A stretch of 64,000 bases of DNA from sequence record MN850610.1; one strand, given 5' to 3'. Shown here piece by piece: positions 9,940-19,121 of the stretch. The stretch's first letter is position 1; every line of letters begins with the position of its first letter. This DNA comes from Escherichia phage Andreotti. Below the pieces are notes generated by a model. It was not told the origin of the DNA, did no database searches, and saw only the letters and a program-made list of their open reading frames with translations. A program made the position numbers and the translations under genes.

Positions 9940-10740
9940 TTAGTGCAGTTGCTCAGCAGACTCTTTTTCAGCCATAGCTGAGATTTGCTTCACAAAATCA
10001 TCACCGAAGTTAATGCGTAGTTTCTCTTCAATGATTGAAGCACCAATGTTCACCAAAACATCATTGATTGCTTGCATACTAACGCCACCAGTCATCTCCT
10101 CAATGAACTCAATACTCACACCCATCATCTGTGAAAGTTGGATTAGTGCAACGATATTCATCATCGTGGAGATAGCTGGAATCATCAGTGCAACTTTCAC
10201 CTGAAGTGGTTCTATATCAGCTACAGAGTCATTTTCAACAGCTTCTTCCAAAGACTCTTTAGTTTGCTGGATAATCTCTTTGATTCGTGGGTTTAATTCT
10301 TCTACGCCCCAATCAAGTTTTTCATATCGTGAAAGTTTCTCTTCCATACGCTTCTCAAGAACAGCCATAACAGCACTCGTTGATGAGATAAGCGTATCAA
10401 TAATGAAATCAGTGTCCTTAGTCAGCAACAGTTCCTTATCTTCGTCTGACATCCTGATATAGTCATTCTTTTGCATTTCATAAAAAATGAACTCAGCAAG
10501 TGCATCAACACCAACCGCAATAGATGCCAGAGCAAGTGTAGTGTCTGTTAACATCATGTTGACCTGTTCTGCAAAAGCACCGTTATCAGACTTGTCTTCA
10601 GGCAAGTTATAGCTTGCAGGCATAAACTGTTCTGTGTAGTTGTTACCACGAAGAATCATAGCCATGCTTTCTACGGCATTGATTAAGAATGCTTCATCAA
10701 CACCTTTCTCTTCAAGCATCTTTTCTACATCGATATTCAT
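9940..10740 (-). CDS. hypothetical acidic protein (266 aa)
   Basis: ORF track; Asp/Glu-rich. Confidence 0.55.
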   Translation of the reverse strand: MNIDVEKMLEEKGVDEAFLINAVESMAMILRGNNYTEQFMPASYNLPEDKSDNGAFAEQVNMMLTDTTLALASIAVGVDALAEFIFYEMQKNDYIRMSDEDKELLLTKDTDFIIDTLISSTSAVMAVLEKRMEEKLSRYEKLDWGVEELNPRIKEIIQQTKESLEEAVENDSVADIEPLQVKVALMIPAISTMMNIVALIQLSQMMGVSIEFIEEMTGGVSMQAINDVLVNIGASIIEEKLRINFGDDFVKQISAMAEKESAEQLH

Positions 10741-10741
10741 A

Positions 10742-11164
10742 TTATTTCTCTCTCAGTTGGTTAAGTTTCTTTCTAGAACATTTTAAGTTTTCGGATGAAG
10801 AAAAGTCAAGTGTCTTTTCAGAACGTGGATAATAGTGCCTATCCCAAGAAGTTTCAACATCGTTAATCAGTGACGCTAGATTACACAGGTCTGTACCACT
10901 TTGCAACCTCTTTTTAAGAGAATCTAGTAAAGCAACTGTGTCTTTAGCTTTACGTCTCGCTGTAGCAACATCTTTCATATGCTCAAACACAGAGCATTTT
11001 AAGTCATCTTCATAGTTTTCAGATAACTCTATTTCATGTTGTATATCAACCATTCTCCTGTGATGGTGAGCATATTCCCGTTGAGCAGCAATGTCAAGTT
11101 CTTCCAACTTCTGCAAAGCTCTAACAAAGTCAGCTATGTCTGGGTGAACAAACATTTTCTGCAT
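10742..11164 (-). CDS. hypothetical protein (140 aa); first gene of a minus-strand operon
   Basis: ORF track; divergent from the DNA polymerase operon. Confidence 0.5.
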   Translation of the reverse strand: MQKMFVHPDIADFVRALQKLEELDIAAQREYAHHHRRMVDIQHEIELSENYEDDLKCSVFEHMKDVATARRKAKDTVALLDSLKKRLQSGTDLCNLASLINDVETSWDRHYYPRSEKTLDFSSSENLKCSRKKLNQLREK

Positions 11165-11340
11165 GTAAGCCTCTTTTAAGTAACTATTAAGTTTTAATCT
11201 TTTATCTTAACGTATTCTATACGTTATACTTTAAAGCTTTTTAAAAGCTATTAAATAATCTTTTAAGAGTTTTAAAGTATCTGTATAGTTAAACTGTTAA
11301 GTAACCTTTTAAGTAAAAACCCACTTCGCAAAGATTAACA

Positions 11341-11362
11341 CCTTGTCAAGTGCATTGTCAAC
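11341..11362. promoter_or_regulatory. conserved control element CCTTGTCAAGTGCATTGTCAAC in divergent intergenic region
   Basis: near-identical 22-mer recurs at 53989-54010 in the other divergent region; contains palindromic CTTGTCAAG core and second TTGTCAA; TATAAT at 11371-11376. Confidence 0.4.
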
Positions 11363-11421
11363 TTGCTTTTTATAATTTTTTGCAGTAATGTATGAGGTTA
11401 ATGATTTTAGAGGGAGTAAAA

Positions 11422-14121
11422 ATGGAAAACGTAGATTTTAAAAACTTACATTTAGTTGGTGATACAGAAACTGATGGTTTACTCCTTGAGTTCACTAAAG
11501 TGCACGTAATGGCTTTCGCAGACTATAAATCTGACGATGAAGAGCCGCCTGTATGGGTCTTTACAGATGAGCCTATCCTCGGTCACAAGTATACCAAGTA
11601 TATTAAGGGTGGCTTACGTGAAGGTATTGAGTTTGCGTTAAAGGCAAAACGTCTTTGCATCCATAACGGTCTCGGTTATGACTGGTGGGTTTTCAATCAC
11701 ATTGCACCTGATTTATGGAACTTTGATAATCCAAAGTGTAAACCGTGGAGTAATTTCTTTCAGGATTCTCTTATCCAGTCTCGTGTTCAGTGGATGGATA
11801 GACCAACTCCAAAGGGTTATAAAGGTGCTCATGGTTTGGCTGCATGGGGTGCTCGTGTCGGTGTTCGTAAACCAGAGATTGAACATTGGGGTGTGTGGAA
11901 TGCAGAAATCTTCACTCGTGTTGTAGAAGATATCCGTATTAACGCCAAAACTAAACGGGCACTTGATAACGAGTATCTCAAGCTTAAGAAGTGTGGTATA
12001 GACACTTATGAAACTTACATGCGAGCTAAAGAAACATCTTTCTGGATGAGTCAACAGGCTATCAATGGTTGGAAAGCTGATAAAGAGCTTATGGAGTTCC
12101 ATGTAAAGGAACTTGACAAGTTGACTAATGAACTTGCTTCAGAAGTTGAACCGCATCTACCTCCAACTATTAAGACCAAAGGTAAAGTCACTGGAGAAGA
12201 GTTTGCAAAAGCTTGGAATGAGTATGTTGAAGCATTTGGTCATGCAGATGGACTGAAAAGAATTACCAAGTACCCTAAGACGAAGTATCGTCAGCAGGTG
12301 CGTAATGGTGAGATGCAGACTTATGAAATCAAACCATTTGGTAAGCCAACTACAAAGATTTTTAACATTGAAAAAAGGAATTGCTATACACCAACCAACT
12401 CTGTAACTGGTGAAGAGTACAAGGAAGGTTTTGTAGCAATGAAGGATGCTCGTGCAATTTGCAATGAGTTGAATGCAAAGATTGGTAAGAAATGCAAAGA
12501 CTGGAAGCCAGTAAAAACAGTCAAAACTGTGAAGTACTATAACAGCCACGTTGTTAACCACTTTGAACTTGAGTCAAGTCGCTACACAGGTTTGATTGAT
12601 GCACCATATACACCAATTGAGTTTGAAGTTTCTCGTATGACTCAGGTAGCAGTTGTTAAAGACTACTTGAAATCGGTTGGTTGGATTCCAGATGACTGGA
12701 ACTACAAGAAAGACTCAGACGGTCGCCCTGTCAAAGTTTGTCGTTTCAAAGACAATAAAAAGATGATTACAAAACATCCTAAGTGGCAGGAAATGGTTGA
12801 GCGGTGTGGTTTGAGCTATGTTGAGCACGAAGGTGTACAGTACATTGAGCATAATTGGTCTGTGAAGAAATACACAGATTTGCTTGAACCTTGCTTAATC
12901 CGTACTTCACCAAAACTTACTGAATCATCTTATGATACGATTGAAGGTGAGCTTGGGCAGAAGATTGCTAAATACTACACTTTGATGCACCGACGCAGAA
13001 CTATTGAGAACTCAAAGGATGACGAGAAAGGTTGGCTGAACCAGATTCGTCCAGATGGTCGCCTTAGTGCTGGTGCAATGGTATTTGGTACTTCAACTGG
13101 ACGTATGACCCAGTATGGTATTGTAAACGTACCGTCTGGTGCTGCTGTCTATGGAGAACCAATGAGGGCAGTGTGGATTTGTGAAGAGGGAACCAACGTA
13201 GTCTCTGTTGATATGAACTCAGCCCAGCTAGTTCTACTTTGTAACTTTATGGGTGATAAAGAGTTCACCAAAGCGGTAACGCAAGGTAAAGAAGAGATTG
13301 AGTTTATTCGTCAAGAAGATGGACGCTATTACTGCAAACATTTTGATGAGTACCTAAACCCAGAGATTGATAAGTACCTTCGCTATGACTCTGAGAATGA
13401 CCTGTACGTTGTCTATTCAGGGACTGATGCACATACACTGAACAGTATTTACTTTAGCTTGAATGATGAGCAGGATATCTTGACTTGTCGAGCTACTCAG
13501 GATGAGAATCTTCTTCATGAGATTAGCAAAGGTCGTAAGAAAGCTAAGAATGGTATCTATGCACTACTGTTTGGTGCAGGTGATGAAAAGTTTGCTAAAA
13601 CTATTAAGGCAGCCACTACTCAGGAAGGTGCATTAACTAAACAGACTTACTTTGTGCGTTTGCCAAAGATTAAGAAACTATTAGATGACTTGGAAGATGA
13701 CTACAAAGCAACTAAAAAGGCACTTGAAGAGGTGTTTGGTAAGACTGCTGCAATCTCTAAAGGGGGCTTTGTAAAGGTTGCTGGAGCTTGGTTGTGGTGT
13801 AAATCTCCACATAAGTTATTGAATTATTTGCTCATGGGTTCGGAGGCTCAGATTCAGAATGAGGCAATTAACCTTGCTTGTAGAAGAGCATGTGAAGAAG
13901 GGTTGACAAAATTAAATGGACGAAAACCAGCAATTGGTGCTAGGCTTTTGCTGGCATACCACGATGAAAACAGTTGGGAGTGCCCAGAAAGTATGACTCA
14001 AGAAGTTAAAGCCATAACTGACTGGATGTATGGTCAGGCATCTAAGAATTTAGGTTTGAAGAGTGAGACGCTTGTAACTGGCACAGGAAAGGTTGGTAAG
14101 AGCTGGTATGAGGTACATTGA
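11422..14121 (+). CDS. DNA polymerase, family A (T7-like), with 3'-5' exonuclease domain
   Basis: Exo I motif DTETDGL; pol motif A-like VDMNSAQL, motif B KKAKNGIYALLFGAG, motif C HDE; start placed at ATG 11422 with GAGGGAG RBS rather than track start 11392. Confidence 0.9.
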   Translation: MENVDFKNLHLVGDTETDGLLLEFTKVHVMAFADYKSDDEEPPVWVFTDEPILGHKYTKYIKGGLREGIEFALKAKRLCIHNGLGYDWWVFNHIAPDLWNFDNPKCKPWSNFFQDSLIQSRVQWMDRPTPKGYKGAHGLAAWGARVGVRKPEIEHWGVWNAEIFTRVVEDIRINAKTKRALDNEYLKLKKCGIDTYETYMRAKETSFWMSQQAINGWKADKELMEFHVKELDKLTNELASEVEPHLPPTIKTKGKVTGEEFAKAWNEYVEAFGHADGLKRITKYPKTKYRQQVRNGEMQTYEIKPFGKPTTKIFNIEKRNCYTPTNSVTGEEYKEGFVAMKDARAICNELNAKIGKKCKDWKPVKTVKTVKYYNSHVVNHFELESSRYTGLIDAPYTPIEFEVSRMTQVAVVKDYLKSVGWIPDDWNYKKDSDGRPVKVCRFKDNKKMITKHPKWQEMVERCGLSYVEHEGVQYIEHNWSVKKYTDLLEPCLIRTSPKLTESSYDTIEGELGQKIAKYYTLMHRRRTIENSKDDEKGWLNQIRPDGRLSAGAMVFGTSTGRMTQYGIVNVPSGAAVYGEPMRAVWICEEGTNVVSVDMNSAQLVLLCNFMGDKEFTKAVTQGKEEIEFIRQEDGRYYCKHFDEYLNPEIDKYLRYDSENDLYVVYSGTDAHTLNSIYFSLNDEQDILTCRATQDENLLHEISKGRKKAKNGIYALLFGAGDEKFAKTIKAATTQEGALTKQTYFVRLPKIKKLLDDLEDDYKATKKALEEVFGKTAAISKGGFVKVAGAWLWCKSPHKLLNYLLMGSEAQIQNEAINLACRRACEEGLTKLNGRKPAIGARLLLAYHDENSWECPESMTQEVKAITDWMYGQASKNLGLKSETLVTGTGKVGKSWYEVH

Positions 14122-14633
14122 TGAGAGATTGTGGATTCACACATGAACAGTTAAAGTCTTGGTTAGATTATGACCCCGAAACAGGGGTCTTAACATGGAT
14201 TGGCAGACCCCCACATAGTAGTAGGGTGGTTATTGGAAGCCAAGCCGGAGCAATTAAGCGCACAAGGTCTGGTGTGTATATGCACACACAGATTTTAGGA
14301 TACAGGACAGGTAATCACCGAATTGCTTGGTTCTGGATGACAGGTAAGTGGCCTGATAAACACATTGACCACAAAGATGGAGATGGTTTGAATAACGCTT
14401 GGGACAATCTAAGAGAGGCCACAAAAGAACAGAATATGTCTAATAGGAGACAACCTAGAACATCAAAAAACTTAAAAGGTACAAGTAGAAGCAAGTCTGG
14501 TAAGTGGATAGCCCAGATTAACCATAATGGCAAGACTATACATATAGGAACATACACAACAGAAGAAGAAGCCCATAAAGCTTACTGTGAAGCTGCTGTG
14601 AAACTCCACGGAGAGTTTGCAAAACTATCTTGA
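14118..14633 (+). CDS. HNH endonuclease with AP2-like domain (putative homing endonuclease)
   Basis: YDPETGVLTW motif; HNH region HRIAWFWMTGKWPDKHIDHKDGDGLNNAWDNLRE; start overlaps polymerase stop (ATGA); paralog of 4029-4565. Confidence 0.75.
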   Translation: MMRDCGFTHEQLKSWLDYDPETGVLTWIGRPPHSSRVVIGSQAGAIKRTRSGVYMHTQILGYRTGNHRIAWFWMTGKWPDKHIDHKDGDGLNNAWDNLREATKEQNMSNRRQPRTSKNLKGTSRSKSGKWIAQINHNGKTIHIGTYTTEEEAHKAYCEAAVKLHGEFAKLS

Positions 14634-14684
14634 CAAGGTGCTCATGGAAGAGTACCTTATACAATATCTTATATAGGAGGGCTT

Positions 14685-14894
14685 ATGAGCCACCGTGGAA
14701 GAACCCATGCAGCGATGATGAAAGGTGCTTCAAAGGAAACTATCAAGAACCGTAAGCAGAAGTTGTTTGAGAGAATGAATAGACTCATTGATAACACTTC
14801 CCTGTCTGGTGGTGAGAAAGTTTTCCTTAAAAGTAACCTTAAAAGTATTGCACAAGAACTTGTAGATATTGAATATTGGAGACATCAAAAATGA
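14685..14894 (+). CDS. hypothetical protein (69 aa)
   Basis: ORF track; AGGAGG upstream of ATG. Confidence 0.45.
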   Translation: MSHRGRTHAAMMKGASKETIKNRKQKLFERMNRLIDNTSLSGGEKVFLKSNLKSIAQELVDIEYWRHQK

Positions 14895-15109
14895 CACTTG
14901 CAGACGTTATTCAGCAACTTCATGATAACTGCTACACTCCAGAGTTAATTCAGGAGATGTCCATTGTAGTCATGCCTAGCAAGTTCGTAAAAACCTTTAA
15001 CAACGACGCTTTAAGGTCTACACACATCCTTATCGTTGATGGTAAGATTGCAAAAGACCGTACTGGAGTACTCAAAGGCGAACGTATTGATATTCTGGAG
15101 TTGCTATGA
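14876..15109 (+). CDS. hypothetical protein (77 aa)
   Basis: ORF track; overlaps previous ORF by a few codons. Confidence 0.45.
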   Translation: METSKMTLADVIQQLHDNCYTPELIQEMSIVVMPSKFVKTFNNDALRSTHILIVDGKIAKDRTGVLKGERIDILELL

Positions 15110-15241
15110 AGAAAATGTACAGTCTATGGGGAAGGGTTGGTAAGGGTTTTGACTGGACACTTCTTCGTTCAAACGTTAAACGTAGTGAATTACCAGAACT
15201 CATCACTCACTATTTAAAAACATACAGAGAGGTAGACTATC

Positions 15242-15499
15242 GTGAACAATAAGGTTAAGAGTTGTGTGAAAGCAATGGTTGCACTTGGAGTAATTTTTCT
15301 GGCTGGCTGCAACCCATCTTATGAAAACAAAGATGCTTCTTACAGCCTCCCTCCAGAGATGCAAGACTGCAAAATCTACAAACTCAATGGTGATGCTATA
15401 AGCAGAGATATTGTTGTTGTCAGATGCCCAAACTCTCAAACAACAACATCTTATAGCTATGGCAAAAATGGTCAATCACATACTACGGTTATTGAGTGA
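15242..15499 (+). CDS. small lipoprotein (85-aa precursor), GTG start
   Basis: signal peptide MNNKVKSCVKAMVALGVIFLAGC with lipobox LAGC; two further Cys in mature part; GAGAGG RBS. Confidence 0.5.
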   Translation: MNNKVKSCVKAMVALGVIFLAGCNPSYENKDASYSLPPEMQDCKIYKLNGDAISRDIVVVRCPNSQTTTSYSYGKNGQSHTTVIE

Positions 15500-15509
15500 G
15501 GTTTTCACG

Positions 15510-15716
15510 ATGGAAGTATTAGTAAACTATATCTATCGTTATGATGTTGTTCACTCCACTACAACCATAGCTCAACGTAACCCAATAGTCCCACGAGAAG
15601 GTGAATTGGTTCGCATTGATGGTTGGACTTACACTGTTGAGAGCATCATTCATAAGTTTGATGTTGCTGGTGATGTTCAAGTTATCGACGTAGAGATTGG
15701 TGGTAAGAGAAAATGA
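15510..15716 (+). CDS. hypothetical protein (68 aa); internal start of track ORF 15411-15716
   Basis: ATG at 15510 (MEVLVNYIYRYD...) avoids overlap with lipoprotein ORF. Confidence 0.4.
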   Translation: MEVLVNYIYRYDVVHSTTTIAQRNPIVPREGELVRIDGWTYTVESIIHKFDVAGDVQVIDVEIGGKRK

Positions 15717-15931
15717 CTGTAGAAGATAAATTTAAGAACGCAGTTCTTACAGAAGATGGTGAGCTTGAAACATTCATTCTTCGTGTTGATGGTAAGCTAT
15801 TCCGGTGTCGTTGTGGGTCAAACTGTTTCCATAAACCAGATAAAAATGACTTAGAGCTTTACGCATGTAATGCTTGCAATACTTGGTATCACTCAGAGGT
15901 TAAAAATGACAATCCTATACAAACAAAATAA
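15713..15931 (+). CDS. hypothetical zinc-ribbon-like protein (72 aa)
   Basis: CRCGSNC...CNACN cysteine pairs. Confidence 0.45.
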   Translation: MTVEDKFKNAVLTEDGELETFILRVDGKLFRCRCGSNCFHKPDKNDLELYACNACNTWYHSEVKNDNPIQTK

Positions 15932-17009
15932 AGATGGTTCCTTCAACGTCTGGTCATGCGTTGCTGTAGGTGACAAAGTTATCACAACCTACGGTAAAGA
16001 AAATGGCAAGATGATGTTTGAAGAGTACACAGCAGAGCCTAAGAACATCGGTAAAAAGAATGAGCGTAACGCTGAACAGCAAGCTCTCTTTGAAGTTGCT
16101 GCTAAGTATAAAAAGCAAGTTGACCGTAAAGGCTACGCTTACACAAAAGAGTCTGCAAAGAATACTGAGAAAGTAGGTGTACAACTTGCTCATGATGCTG
16201 CAAAGGTTAGTCATGCAAAGTATCTGAAGTTCCCTGCTGATGCTCAACCAAAACTTGATGGTGTACGTTGTAGAATTTCAAGACACTTAAGTATTGGCAG
16301 TGTATTTACAGCATATTCTCGTGAGAATACTGTTTACAAAATCCCTACTGAACTAATACCTGACATTATGGCAATGTTAAGGCTCCACAAAGATGTTGAT
16401 GAATTTGATGGAGAGATTTATGCTCATGGGTGGGACTTAGAAGATATTGTCTCCATGATTAAAAATGAAGACAATCCTGACAGACACTTACTTAAGTTCT
16501 ACTGGTATGATATCTGTGACAGTACTAAAACGTGGCCTGAGCGTAGAGATATTATTGAGACTTCACCATTGAATGACTTTAGAGACGGCTGTAAAGTTGT
16601 CCCTGTTAAATCTCGTCGTGTAAATTCTTGGGAAGAGTTTGATGAAGCTCATGATAAGTGGGTTGAAGCTAAGTTTGAAGGTGCAATGTACCGTTCAATC
16701 TCTGAAGAATCTTTCTACGAGTGTGGTCACCGTTCATACTTCTTGATTAAACACAAGAAGATGCACACTGAAGAGTTTAAAGTGACTGGTGTAAAGACCG
16801 ATAAGCGTGGTCATGGCAAGTTCGTTGTAGAGACTCTTCCTAATGTCTTTGTAGATGTTTCATGGAAAACTACCCATGAGAAGAAGAAGTATCTTGCTGA
16901 ACATCCTGAAGAGTTTATCGGGAAACCTTTAACGGTTCAGTTCCAGAAGATGACTCGTAAGGGGTCTTTACAGTTCCCTGTAGGGCTAGTTATTAGGGAT
17001 TATGAATAA
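15906..17009 (+). CDS. ATP-dependent DNA ligase
   Basis: ligase motif I KLDGVR; size about 367 aa; start set to ATG 15906 (MTILYKQNKDG). Confidence 0.8.
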   Translation: MTILYKQNKDGSFNVWSCVAVGDKVITTYGKENGKMMFEEYTAEPKNIGKKNERNAEQQALFEVAAKYKKQVDRKGYAYTKESAKNTEKVGVQLAHDAAKVSHAKYLKFPADAQPKLDGVRCRISRHLSIGSVFTAYSRENTVYKIPTELIPDIMAMLRLHKDVDEFDGEIYAHGWDLEDIVSMIKNEDNPDRHLLKFYWYDICDSTKTWPERRDIIETSPLNDFRDGCKVVPVKSRRVNSWEEFDEAHDKWVEAKFEGAMYRSISEESFYECGHRSYFLIKHKKMHTEEFKVTGVKTDKRGHGKFVVETLPNVFVDVSWKTTHEKKKYLAEHPEEFIGKPLTVQFQKMTRKGSLQFPVGLVIRDYE

Positions 17010-17012
17010 ACT

Positions 17013-17171
17013 ATGTTCAGTACAGTCATTCTGTTTATACTGGTTGTCTTTGTATTGTCATACGTTGCAAGTAAGCTTTTGGACACATCTTTTGCAATGG
17101 GTGTCTTGTTTACAATCTTTTGTTTCGTGACACATATAGCTATCAGAACTTTTTTTATAAAAAGTTGTTGA
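17013..17171 (+). CDS. possible small hydrophobic protein (52 aa)
   Basis: manual ORF MFSTVILFILVVFVLSYVASKLL...; weak RBS; overlaps predicted promoter, so doubtful. Confidence 0.2.
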   Translation: MFSTVILFILVVFVLSYVASKLLDTSFAMGVLFTIFCFVTHIAIRTFFIKSC

Positions 17172-17195
17172 CATAGAAAATTTGGTGAGTATACT
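17168..17195 (+). promoter_or_regulatory. sigma70-like promoter TTGACA-N16-TATACT
   Basis: consensus -35 TTGACA at 17168-17173, 16-nt spacer, -10 TATACT at 17190-17195; upstream of repeat region and gene 17577. Confidence 0.5.
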
Positions 17196-17225
17196 GAGCA
17201 GCATAAACCAACGGGTACTCACCAA

Positions 17226-17500
17226 CATCACTTAAGAGTCTTTGAAAAGGGTTTTTTAAGTGATGTGGGGCGAGGCTCGGTGAGGTGGGGTAAGGCATAG
17301 TGCGGTGCTGTTTGGTATGGGTAGTTAGTCTCAGCTACATTAAAATGAGACTTACCTTTTTAAAAGGTCTTTAAACAGGGTCTTTTAATAAGGTTGTGTG
17401 ATGTGATGTATGGTGCTGTGGAGTTTGGTTAGGTCCGGTCAGGTATGGTATGGTGATGTGAGGTATGGGTGGATGGTAGTAGCCACGTTAAAAATCTACC
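17226..17500 (+). repeat. GT-rich composite repeat region 1: hairpin c (17226-17265), GT-rich block, hairpin e (17327-17352), conserved 37-mer f (17357-17393), GT-rich block, hairpin h (17475-17500)
   Basis: elements recur in same order at 18637-19029; blocks built from GGTNN pentamers. Confidence 0.75.
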
Positions 17501-17558
17501 AAGTTTCTAAAGAGTCTTCTGTTGAGGGTTCTTTACAAACAACTTAACAATCAACTAA

Positions 17559-18164
<606 letters not shown>

Positions 18165-18166
18165 TT

Positions 18167-18607
18167 ATGAATACAAAAGCATTAGCAGCAAAGTTTAGTT
18201 ACGGTGACACTGTATCACACTCTGAGATGGATACCTTCTTAGGTATTGTGAAGCCAACTTATCAAGGTGACATTGTTAAGTACGAAGATGAAATGAAGGC
18301 TTATGCGCTTACACGTCTAAACCGACTTGAGAAGTTTATTGAGAAGCTTCTTAAAGAAGAGAAGATTTATCTGGTTGCTTCAATGGGTGTTGGTTATCGT
18401 GTGGTTGAGCCTAAGCATCAAGCAACTATTGCAAAACGCAAAATGTCTGGTAAGATTGGTCGTGCTTTAAAGCAAGCCACTCAAGCGATTGAGAATGTGA
18501 ACACTATGGCACTTAGCCATCAAGAACGTTCACGACTAATTGAACAGCAAAACCACTTAGCTGCTATGAAAGCTAACATTAACAAGCAACGTAGAAAACC
18601 TTTCTAA
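18167..18607 (+). CDS. hypothetical protein (146 aa)
   Basis: ORF track; followed by terminator. Confidence 0.6.
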   Translation: MNTKALAAKFSYGDTVSHSEMDTFLGIVKPTYQGDIVKYEDEMKAYALTRLNRLEKFIEKLLKEEKIYLVASMGVGYRVVEPKHQATIAKRKMSGKIGRALKQATQAIENVNTMALSHQERSRLIEQQNHLAAMKANINKQRRKPF

Positions 18608-18616
18608 GTTGACTAG

Positions 18617-18641
18617 GTAGCCTCTTCGGAGGCTCCTTTTT
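18617..18641 (+). terminator. rho-independent terminator
   Basis: AGCCTC-TTCG-GAGGCT hairpin followed by CCTTTTT. Confidence 0.6.
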
Positions 18642-19029
18642 AAAAGGTCTTTAAACAGGGTCTTTTAATAAGGTATTGTTCGGTGTTGTATGGTAGGGTC
18701 TGGTCCGGCAGGGTCTGGTTCGGTCCGGTAGGGTCTGGTATGGGTAGTTAATCGGAGCTACATAAAAATTCGATTACATCACTTAAGAGTCTTTTAAGAG
18801 GGTTTTTAAGTGAGGTGTGGCACGGTAATGCTAGGTAGGGTCAGGTCAGGTCAGGTGAGGTAAGGTGTGGGTAGTTAGTCTCAGCTACATTAAAATGAGA
18901 CTTACCTTTTTAAAAGGTCTTTAAGAGGGTCTTTTAATAAGGTATTGTATGGTGTAGTTTGGTTAGGTATGGTTGGGTGTGGTAAGGTAGGGTATGGAAG
19001 GATGGCAGTAGCCTTATAAAAAATCTGCC
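18637..19029 (+). repeat. GT-rich composite repeat region 2: f (18637-18673), GT block, hairpin e' (18751-18774), hairpin c' (18777-18815), GT block, hairpin e (18877-18902), f (18906-18943), GT block, hairpin h' (19004-19029)
   Basis: direct repeats of region 1 elements; e/e' and h/h' differ by stem-preserving substitutions. Confidence 0.75.
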
Positions 19030-19048
19030 AAATAAGCTATAAAATCTG

Positions 19049-19077
19049 TTGACAAGTCAGGTGTTATAGCTTATTTT
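19049..19077 (+). promoter_or_regulatory. candidate sigma70-like promoter TTGACA-N17-TATTTT
   Basis: consensus -35 TTGACA; weak -10; 45 nt upstream of secreted-protein gene. Confidence 0.3.
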
Positions 19078-19121
19078 TATACTCAATGTAATACAAAATT
19101 TAATATAACTTTGAGGTCATT

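Noticed and set aside
11392-11421. Upstream start (MRLMILEGVK) for the DNA polymerase
   Set aside because: ATG at 11422 has a strong GAGGGAG RBS at optimal spacing; the upstream start has none and would place the RBS inside the coding sequence.
17262-17490. GT-rich blocks as coding sequence or simple microsatellite
   Set aside because: No open frame; the blocks are not pure tandem repeats but degenerate GGTNN pentamers interleaved with conserved hairpins, and recur as a composite unit.
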